IMG/VR virus record: IMGVR_UViG_3300046616_000314
Location: 124,001 to 188,000 of that record
DNA: 64,000 nucleotides
Direction: 5' to 3' (one strand)
The stretch's first letter is position 1. Each line of letters starts with the position of its first letter. Positions 17,190 to 25,655 of the stretch are shown here, one piece after another. The position numbers and the translations under genes were made by a program. Under the pieces are notes generated by a model. It was not told where the DNA came from and did not search any database. It saw nothing but the letters and a program-made list of their open reading frames with translations.

Positions 17190-17805
17190 TGCTTCCTGGG
17201 CGAACTTGGCACATATCTTGTGACAAATCCTTGAGTTTCTGTACGTCTTTAGTGTTCATGTCTTCACGACGAGTGAAAACTTGTTCAGCCTTGTGAACAT
17301 CCAAGCCGAGAACCTTGGCTTCTGCCGGGGTCAGCTTAGCGATAGCGGACTTGAAAACAAAATCAGTTCCGCCAAGACCTAGTTCTTCGGTTGCGTCATA
17401 CATGCAAGCCGAGTAACGGACGATCTTGAAAGTGGTCGGATCAACATCCGATTCGAAACGAATGGCGTCGTCAATTGCGATACGTGACCACATATACTTC
17501 AAATGTTCAACGTTGCTTGCCGAGAACAGGAACGGTTGTTCCGAGATATCTAGATAGCGTTCTTGGAAGCGAACGAAAAACAGAGTGCCATTGTTATGCT
17601 GCACGGTGGCGGCATAGTAGAACGCCTCTGGGTTCAGCTTTTGGGCATAGCGATTGCCGTATGCATCCGAGGATTCGCACACTTCATCGCAGCTAGTATA
17701 GTTGCGGCTGCGACGTGCCTTGGCTGCAACGATACCACGGCTCTTGGTCTTTGCGGTCATTCGACCGGCGGACTTGATGCCCGACTGCAACTTTTTGGAA
17801 GCCAT
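17173..17805 (-). CDS. hypothetical protein
   Basis: 210-aa ORF, basic N-terminus. Confidence 0.65.
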   Translation of the reverse strand: MASKKLQSGIKSAGRMTAKTKSRGIVAAKARRSRNYTSCDEVCESSDAYGNRYAQKLNPEAFYYAATVQHNNGTLFFVRFQERYLDISEQPFLFSASNVEHLKYMWSRIAIDDAIRFESDVDPTTFKIVRYSACMYDATEELGLGGTDFVFKSAIAKLTPAEAKVLGLDVHKAEQVFTRREDMNTKDVQKLKDLSQDMCQVRPGSIAQYD

Positions 17806-17874
17806 TTAAAATTACCTAAAAATTTATAATCCCATATTGCCAAATTGGGACAACGGAAGTCAATAAATAAACGC

Positions 17875-19236
17875 ATGGCTATTCACACATTGGATCATTT
17901 TTATGATCGTCAGCAACTTCGTTTCCTAGAGCAAGTGGTTCGCGCCTTTTCGGGGTTCCAATATACCATTGGTAGCCGCAAGGGTATGCCTCCTGAACTG
18001 AAGATGGTCCCGGTCACGATGGCTAAGACAAGCAAGCTTGTCGCCAACATCATGCGCAACGGTTCTGAAAACAGCCTCAACTCCGCGCCTCAGATTACGG
18101 TCTGGCAGACAGGCTTGACGGGGCGTCGCGAAGACGTTCAGAACCCGGCTCACGTTGATGAGCTAAAAGTTATCGAGCGTGCGATTGATCCGCTCACGAA
18201 CAAATATACGGCTGAACGCGGGCGTAGTTATAGCGTCAAGCGTCTGATGCCCCGACCGTTCAACATGGAAATCCAAATCGACCTTTGGACATCCAACTAC
18301 GAACAAAAATACGAAATCATGGAACAAATTCTTCCGGTTATGTATCCTAACTTCTGGATTCAAAACAGCGACAATGCGTTGGATTGGACTGCCCTGACGG
18401 ATGCTCACCTAGAAGACATCACATGGACTTCTCGTTCTATTCCGGTCGGTACCGAGGAATTGGAAATCTCTACGATGAAGCTGCGTATTCCTATTTGGAT
18501 TTCGCCGCCAGCCATGGTCACGCAACAGCGTCTCATCGAACAAATCGTCACGAACATCAACGACGTTCCGTTCGATGAAAATACTATCGTGGATAAGGAC
18601 TACGCGAAAGGTAAGCGCATGTCGCAAGAGGTTGTTACTCCTGGCAACTTCAAAGTCTACATCGAAGGCAACATCGCTTCGCTAGTCGATGAGCGTGGCT
18701 CGAATGTCGATGCAGAGGGCAATCCCTACAAATGGTCTGAATTGCTTTGGGATTATGGAGCGTTGCGCCCGGCTGTCAGCCGTATGATTTTGAATCCCAA
18801 TGCGGCTGATTTGGAAGCGACATCGGGTATCGTTGGCACGCTGCAATACAGCCAAGACCCGAATGAATTATTTTTCCAAATTGATCCAGACACGATCCCG
18901 AGCAACACGTTTGCTCCGGTTGACGCCTTGATTGATCCTATGACAGCGTTCCCAAGCCAAAAACTTCCCCCGGTGGCTCAAGGTCAACGATATCTGATTA
19001 TCAGTGATGTTGGACCTTCGGTAGCGTGGGGAAATCTGAATGCCAGCGTAAATGATATTATTGAATTTTCGGGTACGGAATGGTTTGTATCGTTTGATGC
19101 TTCGCAATCGGACGCAACACAGTTACAGTTCGTATTGAATTTGAATTCTTCGAATCAACTCAAGTGGACTGGTATAGAATGGATTCTATCTATCGATGGT
19201 ATCTATAACCCTGGCTTCTGGCGTCTAAAACTCTGA
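17875..19236 (+). CDS. tail sheath stabilizer/tail completion protein, T4 gp15-like, with C-terminal extension
   Basis: HFYDRQQLRFL, MPRPF...DLWTSN.EQK..IMEQI...F; C-terminal GQRYLI...WG...NDIIEF module; AATAAATA upstream. Confidence 0.75.
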   Translation: MAIHTLDHFYDRQQLRFLEQVVRAFSGFQYTIGSRKGMPPELKMVPVTMAKTSKLVANIMRNGSENSLNSAPQITVWQTGLTGRREDVQNPAHVDELKVIERAIDPLTNKYTAERGRSYSVKRLMPRPFNMEIQIDLWTSNYEQKYEIMEQILPVMYPNFWIQNSDNALDWTALTDAHLEDITWTSRSIPVGTEELEISTMKLRIPIWISPPAMVTQQRLIEQIVTNINDVPFDENTIVDKDYAKGKRMSQEVVTPGNFKVYIEGNIASLVDERGSNVDAEGNPYKWSELLWDYGALRPAVSRMILNPNAADLEATSGIVGTLQYSQDPNELFFQIDPDTIPSNTFAPVDALIDPMTAFPSQKLPPVAQGQRYLIISDVGPSVAWGNLNASVNDIIEFSGTEWFVSFDASQSDATQLQFVLNLNSSNQLKWTGIEWILSIDGIYNPGFWRLKL

Positions 19237-19274
19237 TTGACACTAAGAGCGCGGGCTGATAGATCACCAGTAGC

Positions 19275-19351
19275 GCGCTCTTAGCTTAGCGGTCGAAAGC
19301 CGGGTGCTCATAACACTCTGATCACTGGTTCGAATCCAGTAGGGCGCACCA
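19275..19351 (+). tRNA. tRNA with CAU anticodon (Ile2 or elongator Met)
   Basis: Full cloverleaf GCGCTCT...CT-CAT-AA...AGGGCGC-ACCA; G1-C72 paired, so not an initiator. Confidence 0.92.
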
Positions 19352-19352
19352 C

Positions 19353-20204
19353 TCATCTATCCATATGGTTCAGCATATGAAAGCCTAGTTTCTGCATGGC
19401 AGGATCGGCTTCGTACATGCTTTTTGGAACCCATAATGGAAGATAATCGTATTTTTTATTGATAGCCTTGTGCTGGGCAACCGGGAATTCTTCGGGAATT
19501 TTACCCTCTACGTCAATGATGGTTGCGTTTTTTGCAACAATCAGGAATTGTTGATAGGCAATATGTTCAAAAGCATACCAGTCGATACGCTCTAGAAATG
19601 TATCCAATCCTTGATTTTCATCCATCATAGCAAAAAAATCAGCTAGGTCTTCTTTCTTATATGTGGGAACATCATGGAACCACGTATAAACATGACCGTC
19701 ATTGGTGTTTTGTTTGATCTTGGCAACCTGATCTGGTTTAAAATATCGATGGTTGACATTGTTCATTCTATAGAATGAAAAATCTCGCGTGGTACTTCCG
19801 AAGAAAATATTCTTTTTGTAATTAGTAACCGCTGCCTTGAGGATAGTCGTCAGATCAGACAACGCTTTGGAATCAGCATCGACACAGACGGCATAATCAT
19901 AATCGCGCATAGACCACATAAGAGCGGCAAATTTCTTGATATTGATAATTCCTGACGCGGAGCATTGGATTGCCTTTGAACCCGCGTGCAAGCCTTCTGA
20001 CGAGAGATAATCTGCCGTGGCAAGAAAGAACAAGTTATTATACTGCGGCGATTGAGCTAATCGTTTCTTGAACAAATCGATGTCTCTACCTACAGAGACA
20101 GCAATAACAATTTTTTCATTTTCGGGATTGGATAATGTTTCGAGAAAATCCAAAAGCCATGGGATTTTAGGTTCATGGCAAGGGATGATGAGACAAGCAC
20201 GCAT
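19353..20204 (-). CDS. putative glycosyltransferase (GT-A-like)
   Basis: N-terminal CLIIP strand and YAVCVDADS DxD motif; AATAAATA upstream. Confidence 0.45.
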   Translation of the reverse strand: MRACLIIPCHEPKIPWLLDFLETLSNPENEKIVIAVSVGRDIDLFKKRLAQSPQYNNLFFLATADYLSSEGLHAGSKAIQCSASGIINIKKFAALMWSMRDYDYAVCVDADSKALSDLTTILKAAVTNYKKNIFFGSTTRDFSFYRMNNVNHRYFKPDQVAKIKQNTNDGHVYTWFHDVPTYKKEDLADFFAMMDENQGLDTFLERIDWYAFEHIAYQQFLIVAKNATIIDVEGKIPEEFPVAQHKAINKKYDYLPLWVPKSMYEADPAMQKLGFHMLNHMDR

Positions 20205-20211
20205 CTATTAT

Positions 20212-20676
20212 TTATTTGATGCAAAGAAACGCCAGCGTCTTCAGTTCGCCTTTGATGTCGTTGATTTTCGCGAGAGATTCGCGCATGTTCTCAACAATCA
20301 TTTCGGCGCGGGAAATATTACCTGACGCGATAGCCCGAACAATGGCGTGTTGTGGTTCATGCATAAAATATTGTTCACTAAAATTTCGGGCTTCCATCAA
20401 CCATCCAAGGTAACGTTCACGGTCCTTGCCATCAAAATAGTGATCCCGGTCGTCATAATGATATGTATCCGGTGAACTAATGAGACCTTGAGTCATGTCG
20501 TCACGCGCACCATTCAGCCATGCGCGGCAACCCGAAATGTAGGCGGTGCGCCCATCGATAATTTCGCTAATCTGTAGCATATACCAATATATGCTATGGG
20601 ATGTATCACTAAGGTCTTCTGCCTCTTTTGAGAGACCAAAGACATACATTCCAGGGATGATATGGGCTGGGATCAT
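20212..20676 (-). CDS. hypothetical protein
   Basis: ORF from internal ATG (MIPAHIIPG). Confidence 0.55.
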   Translation of the reverse strand: MIPAHIIPGMYVFGLSKEAEDLSDTSHSIYWYMLQISEIIDGRTAYISGCRAWLNGARDDMTQGLISSPDTYHYDDRDHYFDGKDRERYLGWLMEARNFSEQYFMHEPQHAIVRAIASGNISRAEMIVENMRESLAKINDIKGELKTLAFLCIK

Positions 20677-20756
20677 ACAAGGAAGATACCAAAAAACGTG
20701 TTGGGATGAAAGAGTTTTTCTTGACCAATTTCGTTTTCGTGATAATGATGAGGTAA

Positions 20757-21110
20757 GTGAAAGGATATTCTGTGGACTCATCTGTTGTTAGAATTAGGCA
20801 GTATAACAAGGTCAAGTTCCCTGCCGCGTCGGCTGGGGAATTGCGTGATCTGGCTACTGCCATTCGCAACGGTCATGTGTTCGGAAGCTGGGATATGAAG
20901 GCGGGCGACGAAGCCCTGTTGGAAGTCGTATTCTGTCACCTTCGTTTGCGCTCGCAATGGCGCCTGAAGGAAGAAGAGTACAACAGCATCAAATATTTTT
21001 ACGGCTACCTGAAGGATGCCGTTCCCAATGCCGCCAACGGTTATCCGATGTTCTTGAAGTTTCATGCGCTGTCGGAAACCGATTACGCTCACCTGTTGAA
21101 GATGCTGTAA
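20757..21110 (+). CDS. hypothetical protein
   Basis: GAGG RBS, GTG start. Confidence 0.6.
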   Translation: MKGYSVDSSVVRIRQYNKVKFPAASAGELRDLATAIRNGHVFGSWDMKAGDEALLEVVFCHLRLRSQWRLKEEEYNSIKYFYGYLKDAVPNAANGYPMFLKFHALSETDYAHLLKML

Positions 21111-21111
21111 G

Positions 21112-21390
21112 ATGCAACAAGCTGTTTTCTACTTTCACGGATATGACGGCATGGAACTTGAGCCCATTCGGCTCATCATGTTGGACGACGATATGTGCAA
21201 CGACGTTGGTCGTTCCATTCGTCAATTCCTGATGCATCTGAACAGCACGCAAGCCTTGTATCACATTGAATTTGAGCCGACCGATGACTACACGGAATAT
21301 CGGATTGTGGTCTATAACGACGAAGATTCTGTTGCGGGGAAGCTGAAGTTCCCGATGCTTAAATTCGAGGAAATCACCAATGCGGATTGA
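21112..21390 (+). CDS. FxxEEDA-FKLKW family small protein (divergent)
   Basis: VYNDEDSVAGKLKF. Confidence 0.62.
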   Translation: MQQAVFYFHGYDGMELEPIRLIMLDDDMCNDVGRSIRQFLMHLNSTQALYHIEFEPTDDYTEYRIVVYNDEDSVAGKLKFPMLKFEEITNAD

Positions 21391-21628
21391 TCACGAAGGC
21401 TGGAAAAAAGTCTCGCTTCCCTTCACGCATGTTGAAGTGGTGAACCCGTCCTTTCGGCTGTTCCATCGCGAACTGATTCTGAAATGGATCGACGCTCACT
21501 GTGACGGTGGCTGGTACTACTACGACGATAGCACCAACTACACGTTCGAAAAGAACGAAGACGCCGTGATGTTCCAAATGTGGATCACCGCGAACCCGTT
21601 CAAGGACAACATCACGGAACACGTCTGA
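21380..21628 (+). CDS. FxxEEDA-FKLKW family small protein
   Basis: KWIDAHCDGGWYY...TFEKNEDAVMFQMW. Confidence 0.72.
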   Translation: MRIDHEGWKKVSLPFTHVEVVNPSFRLFHRELILKWIDAHCDGGWYYYDDSTNYTFEKNEDAVMFQMWITANPFKDNITEHV

Positions 21629-22305
21629 TGGTGTACGAAAAAACAGAGACGTGTTTCGTACTTCAACACCCTGACAAGTACGAAAAATATTGGACGGGCG
21701 TTGGCATCGCCAAGGCGCGATCCAATGGCGTGCGCTTTGATGTTCAAGGCAAGATGTATCCGTCTGCGGAAGATGCAATGATCGCGCATGACATTTATCA
21801 GGTTGCCGCGAATTATTTCAAATCGGCGAACTTGCCGCCTAGCCTAGACCTAGTTGAACTTCAAATCACCACCAAAGAAATCGGCAAACCGGAGCGTATG
21901 CCGAACCAAGAAAAGAATTTGGTGATCTCTAATTTTCTTAAAATTCCTGACGCTCAGCGCAAGGAATTCGCGCATCTATATGACTTCGCGAACTATCTAC
22001 TAGATCATAGGTCATATGATCTAGTCAATCAATTTGACTATCTGGTTGCAGTGCAAGGTGACTTTGATGATTACCGTACCGGGGGACGCGAAGAAGAATG
22101 GACGGCATATGTCGCAATGATCGAAAGCAAGCTTTCGATTTCACTGGGCTTAAAACATAATAAACTTTGGCACAATAGCTCAGACTATAACAAACGTCTC
22201 GTGTACTGCGTTTTTCCGGTCAATTCGGATGATCTTGTGGTTGTAAAGATGCTCTGCCCTGCGATGCGCGCAATCAACCTGCGCACCGGAAAGCTGGCGT
22301 CCTGA
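21628..22305 (+). CDS. hypothetical protein, paralog trio member 1
   Basis: N-terminal KYWTG...F...GK module shared with the next two ORFs. Confidence 0.65.
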   Translation: MVYEKTETCFVLQHPDKYEKYWTGVGIAKARSNGVRFDVQGKMYPSAEDAMIAHDIYQVAANYFKSANLPPSLDLVELQITTKEIGKPERMPNQEKNLVISNFLKIPDAQRKEFAHLYDFANYLLDHRSYDLVNQFDYLVAVQGDFDDYRTGGREEEWTAYVAMIESKLSISLGLKHNKLWHNSSDYNKRLVYCVFPVNSDDLVVVKMLCPAMRAINLRTGKLAS

Positions 22306-22916
22306 TGTCAGTCGATATCGTCTACAAAATCCGAGACAAGACCACGGGTCTGTACTGGGGCGGTCCCAAGCTCCAATGCACGGATCAAGTTGGAACACGC
22401 TTTGCGCGTTGGTCGATGGTCGAACAGGTCGTCAATGATATGTATCGTCTTCACGGCGGCTTCCCTGAAAATTGGGAAATCCTGACGGTCAAACTCAAAG
22501 AAGAAATTGAATTCATTCGCGACCACAAGCAAATTTCGATCACACATATGATCGAACAAATCTTGATGAAACGGTCTGCCGAATTTGGACTAAACTCGCA
22601 CGTTATGGATTCGTTGCTGACAAGCGGATCGTTCATGAAGCTTCGGCGCAATCAAGTTCTGAAGCGGTGGACGCACGTGTTTTATGTGCCGATCTCTCGC
22701 TATTCGAACGTTCAGATTCGTGCAGAATTGTCCAAGAAATTCGGTGACATTGAAGGTCACATGACCATCAAGGACAATCGCTGGGTCTTCACGGACAATG
22801 CAGAGATCGCTTCGACTGCGGTTATGATGGGCTTGACGGAAGTCTGTATTGACATCAATAACTTACGCGGTTGGTTGGCGGAAAAAATTGGTTGTGAGCC
22901 TGAAGCGATATGGTAA
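22305..22916 (+). CDS. hypothetical protein, paralog trio member 2
   Basis: YKIRDKTTGLYWGG...VGTRF. Confidence 0.65.
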   Translation: MSVDIVYKIRDKTTGLYWGGPKLQCTDQVGTRFARWSMVEQVVNDMYRLHGGFPENWEILTVKLKEEIEFIRDHKQISITHMIEQILMKRSAEFGLNSHVMDSLLTSGSFMKLRRNQVLKRWTHVFYVPISRYSNVQIRAELSKKFGDIEGHMTIKDNRWVFTDNAEIASTAVMMGLTEVCIDINNLRGWLAEKIGCEPEAIW

Positions 22917-23515
22917 CGAGAACAACGACGGGCTATCGCCTTCGCGCCCCTGATGGAAAATTTTATAAAAAAGGTTCGTATAATCTTGGCGAGCCTTGGT
23001 TCGATAAGATCGGTTCGCGGTTCGCGAACCTGAATGCGATGAATACTGCCTGGGTCATCTATTTGGATGAAGCCAAAAAAACAGATACGCCCGAGAAATA
23101 TCCGCAACTGACTCCGATTGAAGTCAAGACGGTTTCGGTCATCAAAGAGCGGGAGTTGTCTGCAACGAAACCAACGACCGATCTTGCTATGCAATTTCGT
23201 TCTGTGTTCCGCTACGACACTGAGGCTTGGCATTTCCTGCGCCAGTGTTGCCGCAAGAACCTTGAGCCTGTCTACGTCATTCGTATTGGCGGTCTCATTT
23301 CCGAAACTTCGGACTTTTTGCAAGTTTTGGAAACGAACCTTACGATTAAAATTTCGCCCCTTGCGAAATACATGAAGGATAATCAGTTTGATTACAACGC
23401 GGATCGGATAGTTGCCGTATTTTCGGAAGCTGATTTAGCTTTCATTAAGATGAAAATCCCCAAGAGACTTACCCTCATCGGGTGTGATCTTAGAACCATG
23501 ACAGAATTTGCTTGA
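22910..23515 (+). CDS. hypothetical protein, paralog trio member 3
   Basis: YRLRAPDGKFYKKG...IGSRF; C-terminal VFSEADLAFIKM. Confidence 0.65.
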   Translation: MVTRTTTGYRLRAPDGKFYKKGSYNLGEPWFDKIGSRFANLNAMNTAWVIYLDEAKKTDTPEKYPQLTPIEVKTVSVIKERELSATKPTTDLAMQFRSVFRYDTEAWHFLRQCCRKNLEPVYVIRIGGLISETSDFLQVLETNLTIKISPLAKYMKDNQFDYNADRIVAVFSEADLAFIKMKIPKRLTLIGCDLRTMTEFA

Positions 23516-23580
23516 CAACGGGAGAATCTATAGTAATGTTCGGACATAGATCGAAACAACATTCTTTCGGAGATAAAACC

Positions 23581-23724
23581 ATGCCGAACACCGCCGCTGG
23601 TCGTCAGCAAGCCTATCTCAAGTCGCAATCGGTCGATGATCTGAAGGCGGGCATTCGCAGCCTGCAACCGGGCGAAATGCGTTCGATCTTGGAAGACGAA
23701 CTGCAACGCCGCCTGAACCCCTAA
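23581..23724 (+). CDS. small hypothetical protein
   Basis: GGAG RBS; MPNTAAGRQQ...; TTGACA promoter at ~23512. Confidence 0.5.
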   Translation: MPNTAAGRQQAYLKSQSVDDLKAGIRSLQPGEMRSILEDELQRRLNP

Positions 23725-24458
23725 TGTTTATCAAGGGGCTCCGCTGTACGGGATTTAATAGTTGGTTCAGCACCGACATTAAATTCACGAAGAATACCTG
23801 CATCATTGGAATGAATGGTGCAGGTAAGACAACGGTCCTGAACCTGCTTGCCGGTGTCATGGGGACACCGAACGCCAATGAATTGATTGAAGGGCGTCCG
23901 ATCACGTCTTGTGAAATCGACTTCATTGACGACGATGGCAATGAACGTACTTTCTCTATGAAGAACAAAAATCAGTTCGACATGGATGAGATCACCGAAT
24001 TCAAAAAGACCCTGTACAACAAGGTGAGTTTCATTCTCACCAGTGACACATTCGATGACTACTTCGTTGGTCGTCGGGCTGATGGCGTTGAGAACTTTCA
24101 ACGAATGCAGCAAATTTTGGAAGGCATGGACCACATGCATTTCAATAACCAGAACACACGTATCGAAGGGAAGACCTACCAGGGCTTCGTATCCGAGACC
24201 GGGGCGCAACGTTATTTGCTGCACCTGTTTATGCGAATGCCCCCTGAGACTGGCGTTCCCATTCTGGTTGATGGTCCCGAACGCCATCTGCATCCTTCGA
24301 CGCAACGCACGCTAATGGAAACCATTCGTCACGTCGAACAGTTTATCTTTACATGCCATAGCCCGTTCATGCTGTCGGAATCGCGCCAGGGGCGTGAAGG
24401 TAGAAGCACGATCATCGATCTGGCAACGGGAAAATCGTCTGATTTTTTTGACGATTAA
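23724..24458 (+). CDS. ABC-type ATPase (AAA_21/OLD-like)
   Basis: Walker A GMNGAGKTT; Walker B/D-loop ILVDGPERHLHP; H-switch TCHSP. Confidence 0.8.
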   Translation: MFIKGLRCTGFNSWFSTDIKFTKNTCIIGMNGAGKTTVLNLLAGVMGTPNANELIEGRPITSCEIDFIDDDGNERTFSMKNKNQFDMDEITEFKKTLYNKVSFILTSDTFDDYFVGRRADGVENFQRMQQILEGMDHMHFNNQNTRIEGKTYQGFVSETGAQRYLLHLFMRMPPETGVPILVDGPERHLHPSTQRTLMETIRHVEQFIFTCHSPFMLSESRQGREGRSTIIDLATGKSSDFFDD

Positions 24459-24477
24459 ATTTATTTTCGGATTTATG

Positions 24478-24506
24478 TTGACAAGCTCGTCGCAGTTTGC
24501 TAAATA
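24478..24506 (+). promoter_or_regulatory. promoter of leader peptide/tRNA operon
   Basis: TTGACA-N17-TAAATA, 6 nt before ATG 24513. Confidence 0.55.
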
Positions 24507-24512
24507 TAGATT

Positions 24513-24629
24513 ATGAAAAACGCATCGACCCTTTTCGCAACTGTTGCCCCGGCTTTCGCCGGTCGCGGCTTTGTGCGCGGTGGCTCGGAGGAACGTGAAG
24601 GTTCCGCCGGGTTGCTTGGTCGCGTTTAA
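24513..24629 (+). CDS. putative 38-aa leader peptide ahead of the tRNA cluster
   Basis: MKNASTLFATVAPAFAGRGFVRGGSEEREGSAGLLGRV; overlaps an 11-bp stem (24605-24615/24652-24662). Confidence 0.5.
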   Translation: MKNASTLFATVAPAFAGRGFVRGGSEEREGSAGLLGRV

Positions 24630-24697
24630 CTAGACCATCCTTAAATTAAGGGCAACCCGGCGATCCAGTGGACAACCACTGGACCAAATTGCCATGC

Positions 24698-24774
24698 GCG
24701 CCCTTCGTCTAACTGGACTAGGACCCTCGACTTTCAATCGGGTAATGCGGATTCGAATTCCGTAGGGCGTACCA
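24698..24774 (+). tRNA. tRNA-Glu(UUC)
   Basis: Cloverleaf with CT-TTC-AA loop and CCA end. Confidence 0.92.
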
Positions 24775-24794
24775 ACCTTTATTAGGTACATGAT

Positions 24795-24869
24795 GCGGCT
24801 ATAGCTCAGAGGTAGAGCGTCTGCTTGCCATGCAGAAGGTCGTGGGTTCGATCCCCACTAGCCGCTCCA
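24795..24869 (+). tRNA. tRNA-Gly(GCC)
   Basis: Cloverleaf with TT-GCC-AT loop, U73, CCA. Confidence 0.95.
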
Positions 24870-24893
24870 TCACCCTAATAAATGTTCCTGTGT

Positions 24894-24968
24894 GGAGCAT
24901 TCGTCTATCGGTTAGGACGCCAGAATTTCACTCTGGAAAGAGGGGTTCGATTCCCCTATGCTCTTCCA
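24894..24968 (+). tRNA. tRNA-Glu(UUC), second divergent copy
   Basis: Cloverleaf with AT-TTC-AC loop and CCA end. Confidence 0.9.
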
Positions 24969-25010
24969 AAAAATTATTGTCAAATATAATTTCCATGATA
25001 CAAGTATAGC

Positions 25011-25394
25011 ATGGAAACCAAGTCCTACATCATTGATGCATTTGTAACCAGGGATAACACCTTCTGGGGATCGCTCACCACGACAATTAAGCGTCCGATG
25101 GACGGATGGGAATGCTTGCCTGGACATGCGCCGTACAACGCCTACTGCATGTTTTGGGGCAGACGAGACCAAACGAAAATTAACCTAAAACAGGTTCCTT
25201 ACACCAAGCGTCATCGCACTCTTCACGTAAAACATCGTGACGGATTTTTGAGTGTCAATGGCGTAACTCCCCTGCACCCGCAAAACGATGCCGTGCTGTT
25301 CGATCAGATGCGGGCGACTATTCCTGTCTGGTATCCTGAATTCATGGATCGCCTGGACGAAATGATGATCATGTTTTTGCTGAAGGAAAGCTGA
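25011..25394 (+). CDS. hypothetical protein
   Basis: 127-aa ORF. Confidence 0.6.
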   Translation: METKSYIIDAFVTRDNTFWGSLTTTIKRPMDGWECLPGHAPYNAYCMFWGRRDQTKINLKQVPYTKRHRTLHVKHRDGFLSVNGVTPLHPQNDAVLFDQMRATIPVWYPEFMDRLDEMMIMFLLKES

Positions 25395-25395
25395 A

Positions 25396-25605
25396 ATGGC
25401 TAAGCTGGAAATTGGTTCGCGCGTCGTTATGGTCAACCACAAGGGCGATGATCGCGCCATCGACTATGGCGAAGACAAACTGGAAATCGGCATGACCGGG
25501 ACCATCACCGGCAAGGACACCGATGACTTTGAGTGGGTCGCCAAAATCGATCAAGACAATGGTCGGGAATATGGCTTCTATCGCGGTGAACTGAAGCTTA
25601 TCTAA
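25396..25605 (+). CDS. small SH3/KOW-like beta-barrel protein
   Basis: LEIGSRVV...GMTGTI...ELKLI pattern; AAGGA RBS. Confidence 0.55.
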   Translation: MAKLEIGSRVVMVNHKGDDRAIDYGEDKLEIGMTGTITGKDTDDFEWVAKIDQDNGREYGFYRGELKLI

Positions 25606-25655
25606 GTATTCGCTTGACGAATGCTTGAAAGGGGTTATACTCGTAACATAATCAT

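Noticed and set aside
24912-25172. 86-aa minus-strand ORF
   Set aside because: Overlaps a tRNA-Glu gene and a better plus-strand ORF.
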